From Tubiluchus corallicola (Eukaryota > Animalia > Priapulida), in assembly GCA_030141605.1 (NCBI GenBank), contig JAQGDQ010000915.1, positions 16,814 through 80,813 of the forward strand: a stretch of DNA of 64,000 bases, in the 5' to 3' direction. Position 1 is the stretch's first letter. Every line of letters begins with the position of its first letter. The translations under genes were made by a program, and so were the position numbers. Positions 38,251-50,247 of the stretch are shown piece after piece. The notes beneath the pieces were generated by a model. The model worked only from the letters and a program-made list of their open reading frames with translations. It was not told the origin of the DNA and did no database searches.

Positions 38251-38744
38251 GTTCCATCAATATCTTATTGTTTGTTTATTTTGCTTTGATTGCCGTTATC
38301 ATTGCCTTTTCCGTTAGTTCTTTTTCTGTTTCCTTTTTCAACCTATGCTGCTTTGTTTCGATCACTATGTGACATAATCGTGCAGAGAATTACACGTAGA
38401 ATCTTGTACAACTTATTACCGCCATTAATTTCACTCAGACTCAATTAGCTCTGTCGTCAGACACGTTTTGCCTTAATAATTTCGAATTAAATTTTCACCT
38501 GTGCGGCAGTTTCTCTCCATTACTGCCCAGGTAATTACGTCAGATTTCCAACGCGCTTTGAATATCGCGGAAGATGTGAACATGAATATTAAGAGTTAGA
38601 CTAGAGCGTTGAAAGCGACGCAAATTGGTTAAACTTTCTTAGCATGAATTATAATTGACTCACTTAAAAAAAACGTAGTAGTGTCAAGATTGTATGATTA
38701 GTTTAATTTAACCACCATTCTGTCTGTAAGCTTCTTCTTCTTAA

Positions 38745-39533
38745 AGCACAAGAAAACATTGTTCATAAATAAAACTTAAAAATTCGTCTTGAAATTTAGA
38801 ATCACTTACATGCTGTGTCTTACTGCACACAGAATTTGCGTAGGCAGTAACGCTGTATAAAACTTGTAAATTTAAAGTGCCACGATGATCGTTAGGCGCA
38901 GCCATTTTAACAATAAGTCGTTTGAAACAAGTTTAGATAACATTACGTAAAGTTTAAAAAAAACTCAGAGCATTCGTAGTATACCCTTCTCTAGTTAAGC
39001 AAGTTGTGATTATTTATATAGTTTGTAGGTGAATGTTGTATTTTGTGTAATTATTTTTCATATATTATATGTACAAACAACATCTGAGTATTGTGTGTCA
39101 AATTGTTCTTACCATTGTCTACAATTATTCATAATGTCTTTTTTGTGTGACTTTGTTTTTGGATCTAGTTGTACTTTTGTTACCTGTGTCATACTGTATA
39201 ATTGTATTTCCTTTGGATGTATTAGATTGAAATGATTCATTGTATACCTGCAAAAAGAGGTTAATAAAAGAGTTATAATAATAATAATAATAATAGCTAA
39301 GCAACTATTTTATATTGTCAGTAAGATTATAATTTGTTTTCTGGTGAATCAGAGGTGCACACTGGGATGGCGATGCAGTGTTGTCTCACTAGATGGAGCG
39401 AACATTGAAAATTACAAGAATTTTCTCGTCCAGTTACATAAGTCCTTCAAACAGGTAAGAGTAATGCTAGACAATACAACTTTCTTATGGAAAGTGCTTT
39501 GGGATACACCCTGAGATTCCCTTTTCTTCCCTT
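38745..39533 (+). mobile_element. Family C MITE, copy 2, interrupted by a ~310-bp retroposon tail (about 38984-39294)
   Basis: TTAA-flanked at both ends. The insert is absent from the other two copies and ends AATAAAAGAGT(TAA)n. Confidence 0.8.
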
Positions 39534-42099
39534 TTAACCGCAATATCGCTTTCTCCAAACTGGCGCCCTTTAGTTTGTCTTTCAGTGGTCCGAGGACGTT
39601 TGGTTTGCTTTGCGATTTTACCTTCCTACTTTCCTTTCGCTCGCCTTTACTTTCACTTTCCAAGGCGCCTAAAGGGCACTCACGTTGTGAGGGCGGATCC
39701 CCTAATCCTCCCACTCTTCAGTTGTTCAAATTTAATGTCGACAACAATAGATTCATTGTAAGTCCCTCAACACACGTCTTGTGGCTGAATCGCGCGACTG
39801 ATCTCTCGGCAAACTTGTACACGTTACCTCTTTGGCACCGCTCTACTTATTCCTCGTTAAACAGATCCCTCTTCCCATTGGCCCTCAATTAATCACAGTT
39901 CCAACAAGCCGGCAACCCTAATCAAAACAACACGTAACACCACCTTACACCTGCAATGCAATTATTGCAATGAAAAGAATGAGGGAAGAATTACCAGGGG
40001 ACTGAGGTACGACCGTTGAGAAGAGCAATAACAAGCAGAGGGGACGATCAGCCACCGGATCGACCGACAAAACTTCGTGATGCTTCAGCGAAGGGCATCC
40101 TCGGGATCTTAAGGCTCGCCTTCCACATGAAGTTCAGATCTCAACTGATAGGATAGATTTCAACAGGCGATAGACGAGGCCACTATCTTCACTCAGAAAA
40201 CGAAGTCTCTGCCTCTTAAAGCTTTGGAATCCAAGTACTTCTCTATATGTTTTTACAAATTAACTCTTTTTGCTAAAAGAGCTAGTTTTTATTGGTATGC
40301 ACGCAGACTGATGAAATGAGATTGCAATGTCTTCATGGTGAAGGTGCGTGGCACAGTGGATAAGTTAATCAATTTTCCTGAATCGTTTTAGCAACTGGCA
40401 AGCTCGCTGTTTGCTTTTGGCCCATTTCAAAGCTTTCTAGGCCAAGGAACTAGGAATACCACATCTTTAGACAGCTTAGTTTAACGAAGATATTTCTAAT
40501 AGCCTGGATTATAAATTTCACAAATTAAAATCTTGGAAACTAATGCCATATTTCTATTTTAAAAGAGTGATTTTTCAAACTGTGTATCCTAATTGTAACC
40601 AACATGGTAAATTTAGAAACCTTTTTATCCTCTTTGTACAATTTTTAAAGAAACGGCTTATGTTCTTAACACATGTGCATTGCAGTTTGTGGGTGACAGT
40701 AAATTAATAACGTACAGTGCAGTAAACCCGTGTGGTATGCAGTTTGTATATTACAGAGAACTCATATGCACTGCTATTTGTGCATTGCACTGAACGCGTA
40801 TGCAATGCAGATACGGAAACGGCAGACCAGAAAAACGTTGTACATTCTTTACACGAATGTATATTCACACACATGCATAAACGAAACGCCTGCTGCATAT
40901 GTTTTCAGCAAAGCAAATACCACTATAACATTCCACTGCAAATACAATTTACATGGTTACATTTACAAGTTAACATGGTTTGTTGATAAGCTCACTGTTA
41001 AAGAAACGACAAAACACCTAAACTAATCAAAGCGATCGTAACATTCTGCAATGATATGTGCGTGTGCGCGCTCATGCGTGCGTGCGTGCGTGTGTGTGTG
41101 TGTGCGTTCGCGTGTGTGTGTCTGTGTGCATAAGAATTTTATTGATTTTTTTGCTTCCCATTTTTAACAACCTGCACTTGCCTTTAGTTCATATAAGGCG
41201 AGCTTTAAACAATCTCAAGATTAGGCAATCATTTCTACAGAGAGGCTGTAAAACATGATATATAGTTTTATCTTCCATACTGCTTGCTTTAAAAGCATTT
41301 GAAAAGTGAATTCTGAGCTGTCCAGAACTTTTAAAAATTTAGAAAATCGTATTTAGCGTTAAGATCCTGTCTGAAATATATGGCTGCATTTTAGTCCAAT
41401 CCTATCTTTTTTTCTTCGTTTGGGTGGGATTTACTTTGTCGAATAAAATTCGCCTCTAGTTTCACAGTTTCATACAATAAGACTTGCTGATATTGGTTCA
41501 AAGCCGTCTAGAAAGATTTCCTCTTTGCTTTTCCGTTTCGATATTGCTGAAATGGCATAATAATTTCTGGTGCTTATTTTTGCTTAGCAGTAATCTGACA
41601 AAAAGAAAAATCAAAATTTCCTGCGATTCTAAAAACATCGAAACACAATCCGGAAATACCTGAACAAAACTATCTAATATCCGTACAGAAAAGCTGTCAA
41701 ATCTTTACATGTAAACATTCGATTATTTATAAATCTGTTTATAATAAAATCCGAGATTTTAGCAACACAAAGGTGTGAATGCATTTCTCAGCGTGGAATG
41801 ATAATGAAAAGTTCCATTAAGCATTGAAAACAGCAGCCCATTTCAAAGGTAAAAACTTCGCCATACCAATTGTGTAGACTTCTTTTTTTTTGAATTTGGA
41901 CATCGGCAGTTATCACAGCTATCAGCAGGATACAACAAGACTGAAGGTAAACCAAATGCGGAAACCATTGACACAGAAAGCAGCACTGTGGCTTGTGACC
42001 ACAGTGCTCGCTGCAGCATGCTATAATATTGCAGCTGCTATTACGTTGTAGCTGCTGTACTAAAATCAAAACTTTCGATGTTTAATATTTAAACTGCAA

Positions 42100-42227
<128 letters not shown>

Positions 42228-42359
42228 TTTTTAGTACTTAAAACAATCAGTCTGCTTGAATTTGAGCTATATTCCTTCCACGTCTGTATGCATTCGTAGA
42301 TTTAATTTTCACGCATGCGTAGAGAGAGCTACATTATTTCCATGAATTTTCTTACCCTG

Positions 42360-43076
42360 CAGACTTCTGCATTGCTTTAATTGTTATTCCAAATATGCTA
42401 TAACAAAATTTACAAAACCGAGAATCAGCTCTCATACTTTGTGTATTGAAAGAAGGAGGTACGTTAAACCTAGAAAAATCCCAGCTGAGAATCGTATATT
42501 GATGCTCATACTGTTTAAGAAATGAAATGGAAGACGAATTACACTTTGCTATAAAATGCCCACATTACAATGATTTTAGAGAAAAATTATATAATCGCAT
42601 CAATGTAATTATATTGTAATTTTTCCTCATGAGCGATGATGATAAATTTTTATTCTTAATGGGAATTAATGATTTAGAATTAAGGCATTTATTGATTAAG
42701 TTAAAAATCGTTTTTAAGACATGATGAACAATATACTATGTAATGATCATATCATTGGTAATGAGGCCTAATGAATGACAATTTATTTTAAATACTAAAC
42801 ACTTCATCTAAATAACTAATATAACCACCAGGAAGATTTAATAATATTTGTTTTATTAGTAATTGTTTCGTTTGTATATAGTTTCATTATATTTCAAAAC
42901 TGAAATTGTATGTATGCCTTGTCTTTTCCTTGTATATTTCAAAATCGAAATTAATTATGCTACCTCTATTGCGTTTTCCTCAGTATTAAAAATGTTTCAA
43001 TGGCAGTATTAGTTTATATTTTAGTCCTGCTGCACTGCGATGATGGATGTAATGATTGAAGATAACCTCAATAAAG
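42360..43076 (+). mobile_element. Non-LTR retrotransposon 3' end (RTEX/Tx1-like CCHC region plus 3' UTR)
   Basis: Reads FTKPRISSHTLCIERRRY...ENRI/CLRNEMEDELHFAIKCPHYNDFREKL (42409-42592), then an AT-rich UTR with AATAAA at ~43070. Confidence 0.8.
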
Positions 43077-43127
43077 TGGAATTTACACAACTGACAAAAA
43101 TGGTCATTTTGTCTTCAATTCACTTAA

Positions 43128-43625
43128 AGCCCAAGAAAACCCTCCATACACATAAAGCTTAAAAAATCGTCTTGAAATTTTATCACTTACCTAACTTTTT
43201 ATAAACCATGGCTTCAATTGGCAGTTACGCTGTATAAAACATGTAAATTTAAACTCCAGCGATGACCGTTAGACGCAGCCATTTTAATGGTAGGTCGTTT
43301 TAACCAAGTTTAAATAATACTGAGTAAAATTTGAAAAAATAATCAGAGCATTGGTAGTGTAAATGTTGCTAATTAAGCAAAATTTTAAATTACTGTTTCT
43401 TACTGTACTGTGTCAATAAGATTAAAAAACGTTTTGGTTAGTGAGTGGTGCAACCTGGATGGTGAGTCAGCGACATTTTGCCAATTGGTGAAAATATTTT
43501 AAATAATTAATGATTTTCTTTTTTAGTTACATAAATCTTTCCAACAGGTAAGCGAAAAGCTAAGTAATACAGATTTGCATGGAAAGTTTTTTGGGACATA
43601 ATTTAACATTGCCTTTTCTTCCCCT
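43128..43625 (+). mobile_element. Family C MITE, copy 3
   Basis: Starts TTAA|AGCCCAAG; colinear with the other two copies. Confidence 0.8.
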
Positions 43626-44602
43626 GATTTACGTTTGCGTGGTGACGTCATGTAATGGCGACTTCGGAACAGTACTGCGGGAGATTTGAAATGAAAACAA
43701 ACAAAAATTCCTTTCAGTACGAGTACGATATACGCATAAAATTGCTGTAAAGTAATATAATTTTTTAAGACGATTTTTCTGAAACCTACTTCAGGGATCC
43801 CATTTTCTTGTCCTCTAAGAATTTTACATGCTTACAAACGCGACAAGATTCAGGCATACAAGATGATTTTAAAACAAAAATCCGAATCGCATTACAAGAT
43901 TTATCAGCTGTAATCACGGCGGCACCAAAGAAAACAATCGAAAAGCAATAACAGAAATTTACTAGACTCAAGAATTTCTGTCGCGAGGGTTGAAATTCGT
44001 TTGAAGAATTTTACAATGACAGAAATCGAAAAGCTTCACACTCAGCGAGATAATCATCGTCTTATTGCCGCTGGGTTCTGTTAAATGAAACCATTTTATT
44101 TGTCAGTTTAAGCACTCGTGACTGCCGGCTACAGTTCATTTGAAGATAATAGCAAATCACGGCGCGAAGTTTCACGCAATAACGAATTTCTTTCTCAGAG
44201 AAAACCGGCGAAGTCTAAGGCTCTCAGAATTTCTTTTCTTAAGACTAATTTGGTGATATCTTGCCATTGTTACGCCGCATTATCACTAAGTCTCGCAGTT
44301 TCTCACCGCTAAAGAGAAATCACACAAATACATGTCTATTAGTACAGCAGGGTGGTCTAGACCACATTGCGATGTTCTGCTTTTTCTAGGCGTTACTGGT
44401 CTATTCCACCCACCATGCAAGCTCAATGGCTAAATTATAAACAGAAAGTCTCATTCTGACTTGAACATAAAAGTAAGACAGTTACAAGAGTCGAAATCTT
44501 ATAAAGTACTTATAGGGAACTTTTGCTGCTGACCCTGATATAAGAACTAGATAAAACGCAGGTCAACTTCCAACAAGCATAGTTCGCTATGAGTAGTACA
44601 GT

Positions 44603-45037
44603 TGTTGGCATCCTTCTGTCTCGGAAGACAATGGGGTGTGCGCTAAGAGAGTCAGCTATTGATCACATTGATGGAGCTGCAGCGTCGACTGTGGCTGAGC
44701 AGTGCGATCCTTGAACGTCTCCAGGGTGCACGCCTGGGCAGAGCAGCCAGAGTCAGTGAGCATGCTGCACTGGTCCGCCTTCGGGGCTCCACTCCTGATT
44801 TGCAAGGTTTACTCCTCTACACATGGGTGTTGGGTCACTTGACCTCCTCCGCCCTCTAGCCGTTGGCTGCCTGTGCAGCTCCTCCGCCTAGTGTCGAGAT
44901 TGCAGTGTGGGCATCCCGCAAGCCTACAGCACCTGGTATTCCTAGGCGGTCACCCATCCAAGTACTAACCAGGCTCTACGTTGCTTAACTTCAGTGATCA
45001 GACAAGAACCGGTGTTGTCAACGTGATATGGCCGTAG
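44603..45037 (-). mobile_element. SINE3-type element: near full-length 5S rRNA head (45037-44921) plus ~320-bp body
   Basis: Minus strand CTACGGCCATATCACGTTGACAACACCGGTTC...GAAGTTAAGC...TTAGTACTTGGATGGGTGACCGCCTAGGAATACCAGGTGCTGTAGGCT. No T4 terminator; CAACAAC tail; GTAGTACAGT duplicated at 44593-44602 and 45034-45043. Confidence 0.88.
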
Positions 45038-46282
45038 TACAGTACAACAGTTAGTATTGTACAAAACTTATCACCTATGTGGCCCTTACCCTCTATGTCC
45101 CAGGCCCACTCTGACCCACTAGCATTATCCTCGCGTATCCTTACAGAAGTTCGTCTCATAATTACTTCGCGTTAGACAGCCTTAAAAACATAAACTTAAA
45201 CTTAACTTGACTTGTGGTGTGTAAGAACTTCAACACACCTGGTATTAATTCTCCCTTTAAATAAATATTACATCGTTTGTCTTCTTGCTCGTCTCTCTTT
45301 CATAATTTTTTCATCTCATTCCCTCCTTTTTAGGCTTGTTATAACATAGAAATAGCTTAAACTTCCCTCTAATCTTACTGTACTTATTTGCTTCTGAACG
45401 ACTTTTTACATTAATAGTGTTCTAGTTTTCTGTATTTAAGCTGTGTAAGTAAGGTCTACCTTGAACATTTAGACCTGTAGGTAAGCCAGGCTAATTGTTC
45501 TGCTGTGTGTTAGATAGTTGCATAATATAATTGCTCCTGACTTGTTAATAATTACGTTATTTGATTCTGTGATTGTACAGACATAATGTGTCTTTTCTTA
45601 GGTGAAAGTTTTATGGTTCGTGCCTATGGCATGTTTTTGGTGTGGATTTGAACTGTTTCTTATTTGCATCCTTGTCAGTCAATTATACGTTTGATATTTT
45701 GTGACATTTTGAAGTCATGATAAATATTGCTTCTATTTCAGTGATTGTTTCTGCCAGCGTAAAAATACTTGTTTGAAGTATGTCTATGTGAAATACTCTT
45801 TTTTCTAGCAACTGTGATAGAATTCCCTTTGCTTCCCATTTAAATTGACAATAATACAAGGAGTAATTCTATTCAATTTAGAACTAGTATTCTAGCATAA
45901 ACTTATGTATACTATTCTTGCTACTCAGCACGTCGATAAGTAAATTATACTTTTACGATATTCAAGATAAGAAAACAAGTCCACTTCGTTTTTTTTTCAA
46001 ATTAGCTGATGCGCCATCTGTAGTCAAACTCGTAAACTAACAGGAAGCATGTATGATTAAACTTTCAGCTATCAAGGAAACGTCTGTAATATTTCATTAT
46101 GTGGTTTCTTTTGTACAAGAATGAATGATTAAGTCACGTGTATATGAATAACATCACGTTCAACCTGCTTAAGGCAACCATTGTGCGTGTACTTACTGGC
46201 ATATAGCACAATTCATTACCCAACAGCAATCAAGATGCTAATTAAAACTGCTAATTTCCTGTCTCTGACTAACCAACGTTTA

Positions 46283-46340
46283 ATCATCTACGTCCGGTAG
46301 CATCATGTCTTGCAGAACAATAAACATACATGGTATATTG

Positions 46341-46376
<36 letters not shown>

Positions 46377-46536
46377 TAGATAGATAGATATATAGATATA
46401 TATATAGATATATATATATATATAGATATAGATAGATATAGATATATATATAGATAGATATAGATATATATATTATATCAATATACCATGTATGTTTATT
46501 GTTCTGCAAGACATGATGCTACCGGACGTAGATGAT
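46283..46536. repeat. Perfect ~73-bp inverted repeat around a (TA)/(GATA) spacer, followed by (GATA)n to ~46640
   Basis: 46283-46355 is the exact reverse complement of 46464-46536. Confidence 0.95.
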
Positions 46537-46568
46537 ATATAGATATAGATATATATATAGATATAGAT

Positions 46569-46627
<59 letters not shown>

Positions 46628-46724
46628 TAGATAATATATAATATCTGTCATTGCATAAATACTGCACATCCCCACAGTAGTGGGGAAAGAGAATACCCGA
46701 GTTGTTGCTACGTGGCAATAGAGA

Positions 46725-46890
46725 AACGCCGAGTCTGGGCGGTAATTAGATGACTGACCGTGCGGTTTCACTCGCCATATTATCTCCAGCTCTTATCTCG
46801 ATAAGGACGATGTGTACAATTTCGGACGCGGTTAAAACACCTCTGCTGGTTCGGTGGCTCATCTTAGACAGCTATCCTTGATAATGAGCC
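46725..46890 (+). mobile_element. Diverged copy of the tRNA/5S-headed SINE
   Basis: CACCTCTGCTGGTTCGGTGGCTCATCTTAG..TTGATAAT matches the body of the 32.8-kb copy. Confidence 0.5.
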
Positions 46891-47171
46891 ATAATTTGAG
46901 TTTTGAAACCCATTGAGTTTTCGACCACAGGCTGCAGAATACCAAAATCTTTAAAAAATAATTGTGCTTTTTAAGTGAAAGCAAAACTTTAATTTATTAC
47001 TTGAAAAAATACAGTGCTGCAGGGTAACGTACTTATCTAAAACTTATTAAGGTATCCAAAAATTTCCATTTACTAATACGTTGACATTTTCTGATCGGAA
47101 AACGTACTTTTCTGTGCGTGGTTTTACAGTAAAGAAGCTACTAACGAAACCAGACACGTATGTAATGATAT

Positions 47172-47408
47172 TACTGCTACTTCCTTCTACTCCTACTGCT
47201 ACTGCTACTGCAGCACTATTGCTGCTCCTGCTGTTACTGCTACTGCTACTGCTACTACTGCTACTTTTTTCTACTGCTACTGCTACTTCCTTGTACTAGT
47301 TCTGCACTACTACTGCTGCTCCTGCTACTGCCGCTGCCGCTACCGCTACCGCTACCGCTACCACTACCACTACCACTACCACTACCACTACCACTACTAC
47401 TACTACTA
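47172..47408. repeat. Trinucleotide-type repeats (CTA/CTG/CCA)n
   Basis: Direct reading. A similar (GTT/GCT)n tract lies at 53858-53952. Confidence 0.9.
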
Positions 47409-50163
47409 TGCAATTTGAGTTTAAAAATGACTTTGAAAAACATGTGTTTACTTCACGACCACAAGACTGTGCAATGTGCGGTCCAGTAGTTGTAGCGTTG
47501 GGCTTGTTCAAAGCCAGTTTAGTCTGGACTTTATCGTACTTGCTTCTGTTTAATCAAACTTGATTTCTTAAAATCGATAAATGTGGGATCATTATTAACC
47601 AGTAAGCGCGAAATTAAGATTAAAATTTAAACGAAAAGAATTGCTTATTGTATCAGTTGCTCAATGGTTTCCTGGCTTTCTATCTATTTTTGATTCTTTA
47701 CCCTTTACCCTGAACTAAACAACTTATTGACTTCCTACAATACAGTTTCACATGAGATTACGCACAACATGTAAACAACATAATTTATGTGATTATCACA
47801 ATGATAACAAGTAAATCTAAGTGTATTCATAAGTATTGTCGCGAATCAGTTAAATATTCGCGAAAAATGTAGGGAACAACAATTTTCTTCTTTTTTTGTT
47901 AATGTGGGACTATTTGGCAAGCAGGCGGGAGAGTCGGGACTACTTTTTTAGCAGACGGAAAGAAAAAACCGCTTGTGTGTTAAATTTTTACAGATTTTGG
48001 TGTTATTTTGTATCTTTATGAGTTTTAATAAAACCATTTATAGTTCTTATTAATCCATGTGTCTGATGCATCTGTTTTCGCCTGCCTCCGTTTGTTGTTT
48101 GCAGGTTGTCTGTTTTGTTTGAAACAAGCGCTTACCTGGATATCAGAGGGGGGACGCCCATTTCCTCCCCTCGCAAAGGTAAAGTTTTTTGTTAAATTTA
48201 ATCATCAATGTCCAATGGTAGAAGTGCTACTCGGAAAGAGGGCATTTTCTATAAGTATGTCCTAATTTTAGGTCTATACATAATTAATGAAAAGTCCATA
48301 TGTCTCGCTAAAACACGTCAGCGTTATTAATTTGCATAACTTTGTGCACAAAGTAACTTCCCTCTGCTTCTAGTGTTGCCAGCCACCTGTGGTTCCCAGG
48401 CTATACGGAGCACAATAGAAACAATACTGTCATCAATATAGTATTGAGTCGTGCACAAACATTTGTGTACAAATAAACAAATAAAAGGCTTAAGAAACTT
48501 TAGCCTTCTTCAAAATAAAATCATGTATGTATTTCTGCTCATCAAAGTTGCTACAATGTGACGTGAAATTCTGAAAATCATACAAATTTATTGAAACATG
48601 TAAATTTGTCTTCGAGTCATATGACATACGGAGTTACGCACTCTAAAATGATTGTTATTTATTCAAATTTTGTCCTTGAAAAGTCCTACCAACAAAGTGT
48701 GCAAATTCCAATCTGCCGTAAATACGTCAACTGAACAATATTGCTAATGGTTGCCAATAATCCCAGCAAACAGATCAAAGCACAATTAAGAATTCACAGT
48801 TTACTCAATAGCTAAATTTGTAGAGATCTGTTGACTGCAGAGGTGTTGCAAAAGATAATGAAAGCAAAAGCATTAGTCATCATGTTTTTATGCAGGTTCA
48901 TTTGTCTTTACTTAGAAGCCACTGGAGTGGGAAACTGAAACCTCGTCTCTTTTCCCTTCTTTATATTAGAACTCCTTATTTATTTTTCTTCATCTCTGGT
49001 CATTAAGAATTAGCTCTGAGCAAAATCGCATCTTCGTCTCAGTAGCAGCATACACCGCACACCACACATTATACTATTAACAGATAAACAATTTTTGGCA
49101 ATTGCATTTTGTAAATTTTTGCACAATGCAAGTGGTCAGTATAGCAAAAGAAGCCACTCACAGTAATTATTGAACCCAGCTGCCATGAACTGTTCACTGA
49201 TGAGCTTTTGCGCTACTTAACATAGATCATGAAACAACTCAGCTATTCAGCCCGCTGCTAAATTTCAATTATTTCTGAATTTTGACGAGGATATTGAAAA
49301 ACTGAAAAATTAACAACGCTACGATTTCCATAGAAAACCTACTTCAGTGATTCAAAATAAACGCAGACGGTAAGGAAATGTGGGGGATCTTTGATAAATG
49401 ATGCTACTGGCCTAAACACTGTACGCAGACATACCTTAGATATCATGCTCTGAATGTTTTTATCTGATGATAATAATAAAAAGATATTATTCTGATCATT
49501 TTAACTGCTCTAATTTCTTTCACGAGGGTTTTCTTGTAGTGTTAACTAGAATGCTTTGGAAAACTATTTAAAAATTAAATGCTTTTCCAGGCATGCAGTA
49601 GATTAAAATTTTGTAAAAATTGATCGAAGCAGCTGATTCTTGCATTAGCAAGTTTAAGATTCTAGTTTTTTGGACATTTACAGTTTACTGGTATCAATTA
49701 CAATTAATTTTATAACAACAGAAATTTGCAACAGACAATTCAATTTCGACACAGAAAATTATAGCCACCTACGGGACTTATAGTCCAAGCCGCAAAGCAA
49801 AACAGAGTCTACTAAAACAGAGAAAATAAGTTCTAATGACAGGCAAAGCCACGTCGCCTATTCACGTATTACGTTGCTTCGTTACCAGAGGCGCAATAAT
49901 CGCTAGATTTTGTTGACGTACATCGCATGGCAACATAAGATGGCATCACACGGCAACACTGGAGACGCTAAAATACTCACCACTAGATTCTTAACAAAAG
50001 ACACAGGTTCTCCTTGGTTTCTTCTGCTTGTTGCCAAACTATTAGCGACAGGTAAGAGCATAAATGATAAAAACATGCTAATGGGACTAACGTGTACAGC
50101 TAATGGGATTTACACGTAGAGAAAGGTAAATGCATAAAAGAAATACGCATGCATCAACGATAG

Positions 50164-50192
50164 TTACGTCACCGCTTACGTTGCCTAGCAAC
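50164..50192 (+). promoter_or_regulatory. RFX X-box plus a CRE-like site upstream of the 683-aa ORF
   Basis: GTTGCCTAGCAAC at 50180-50192, 55 bp before the ATG; TTACGTCA at 50164. Confidence 0.6.
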
Positions 50193-50247
50193 TGCAACAA
50201 CGAAAGGACTAGGGCAATTTGGAAATCAAGGGAGAAAGTTTAAGCAA

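Noticed and set aside
39538-40215. GC-richer block, possible LINE 5' UTR/ORF1 remnant
   Set aside because: Only a faint H-x2-C hint on the minus strand; no diagnostic motif or termini.
40308-40345. Hammerhead ribozyme core CTGATGA (also at 25, 29312 minus strand, 49198)
   Set aside because: None is followed by a stem II and GAAA in the required geometry.
44921-45039. Functional 5S rRNA gene
   Set aside because: The first bases are altered, there is no oligo-T terminator, and it is fused to a body and flanked by a TSD, so it is a SINE head.
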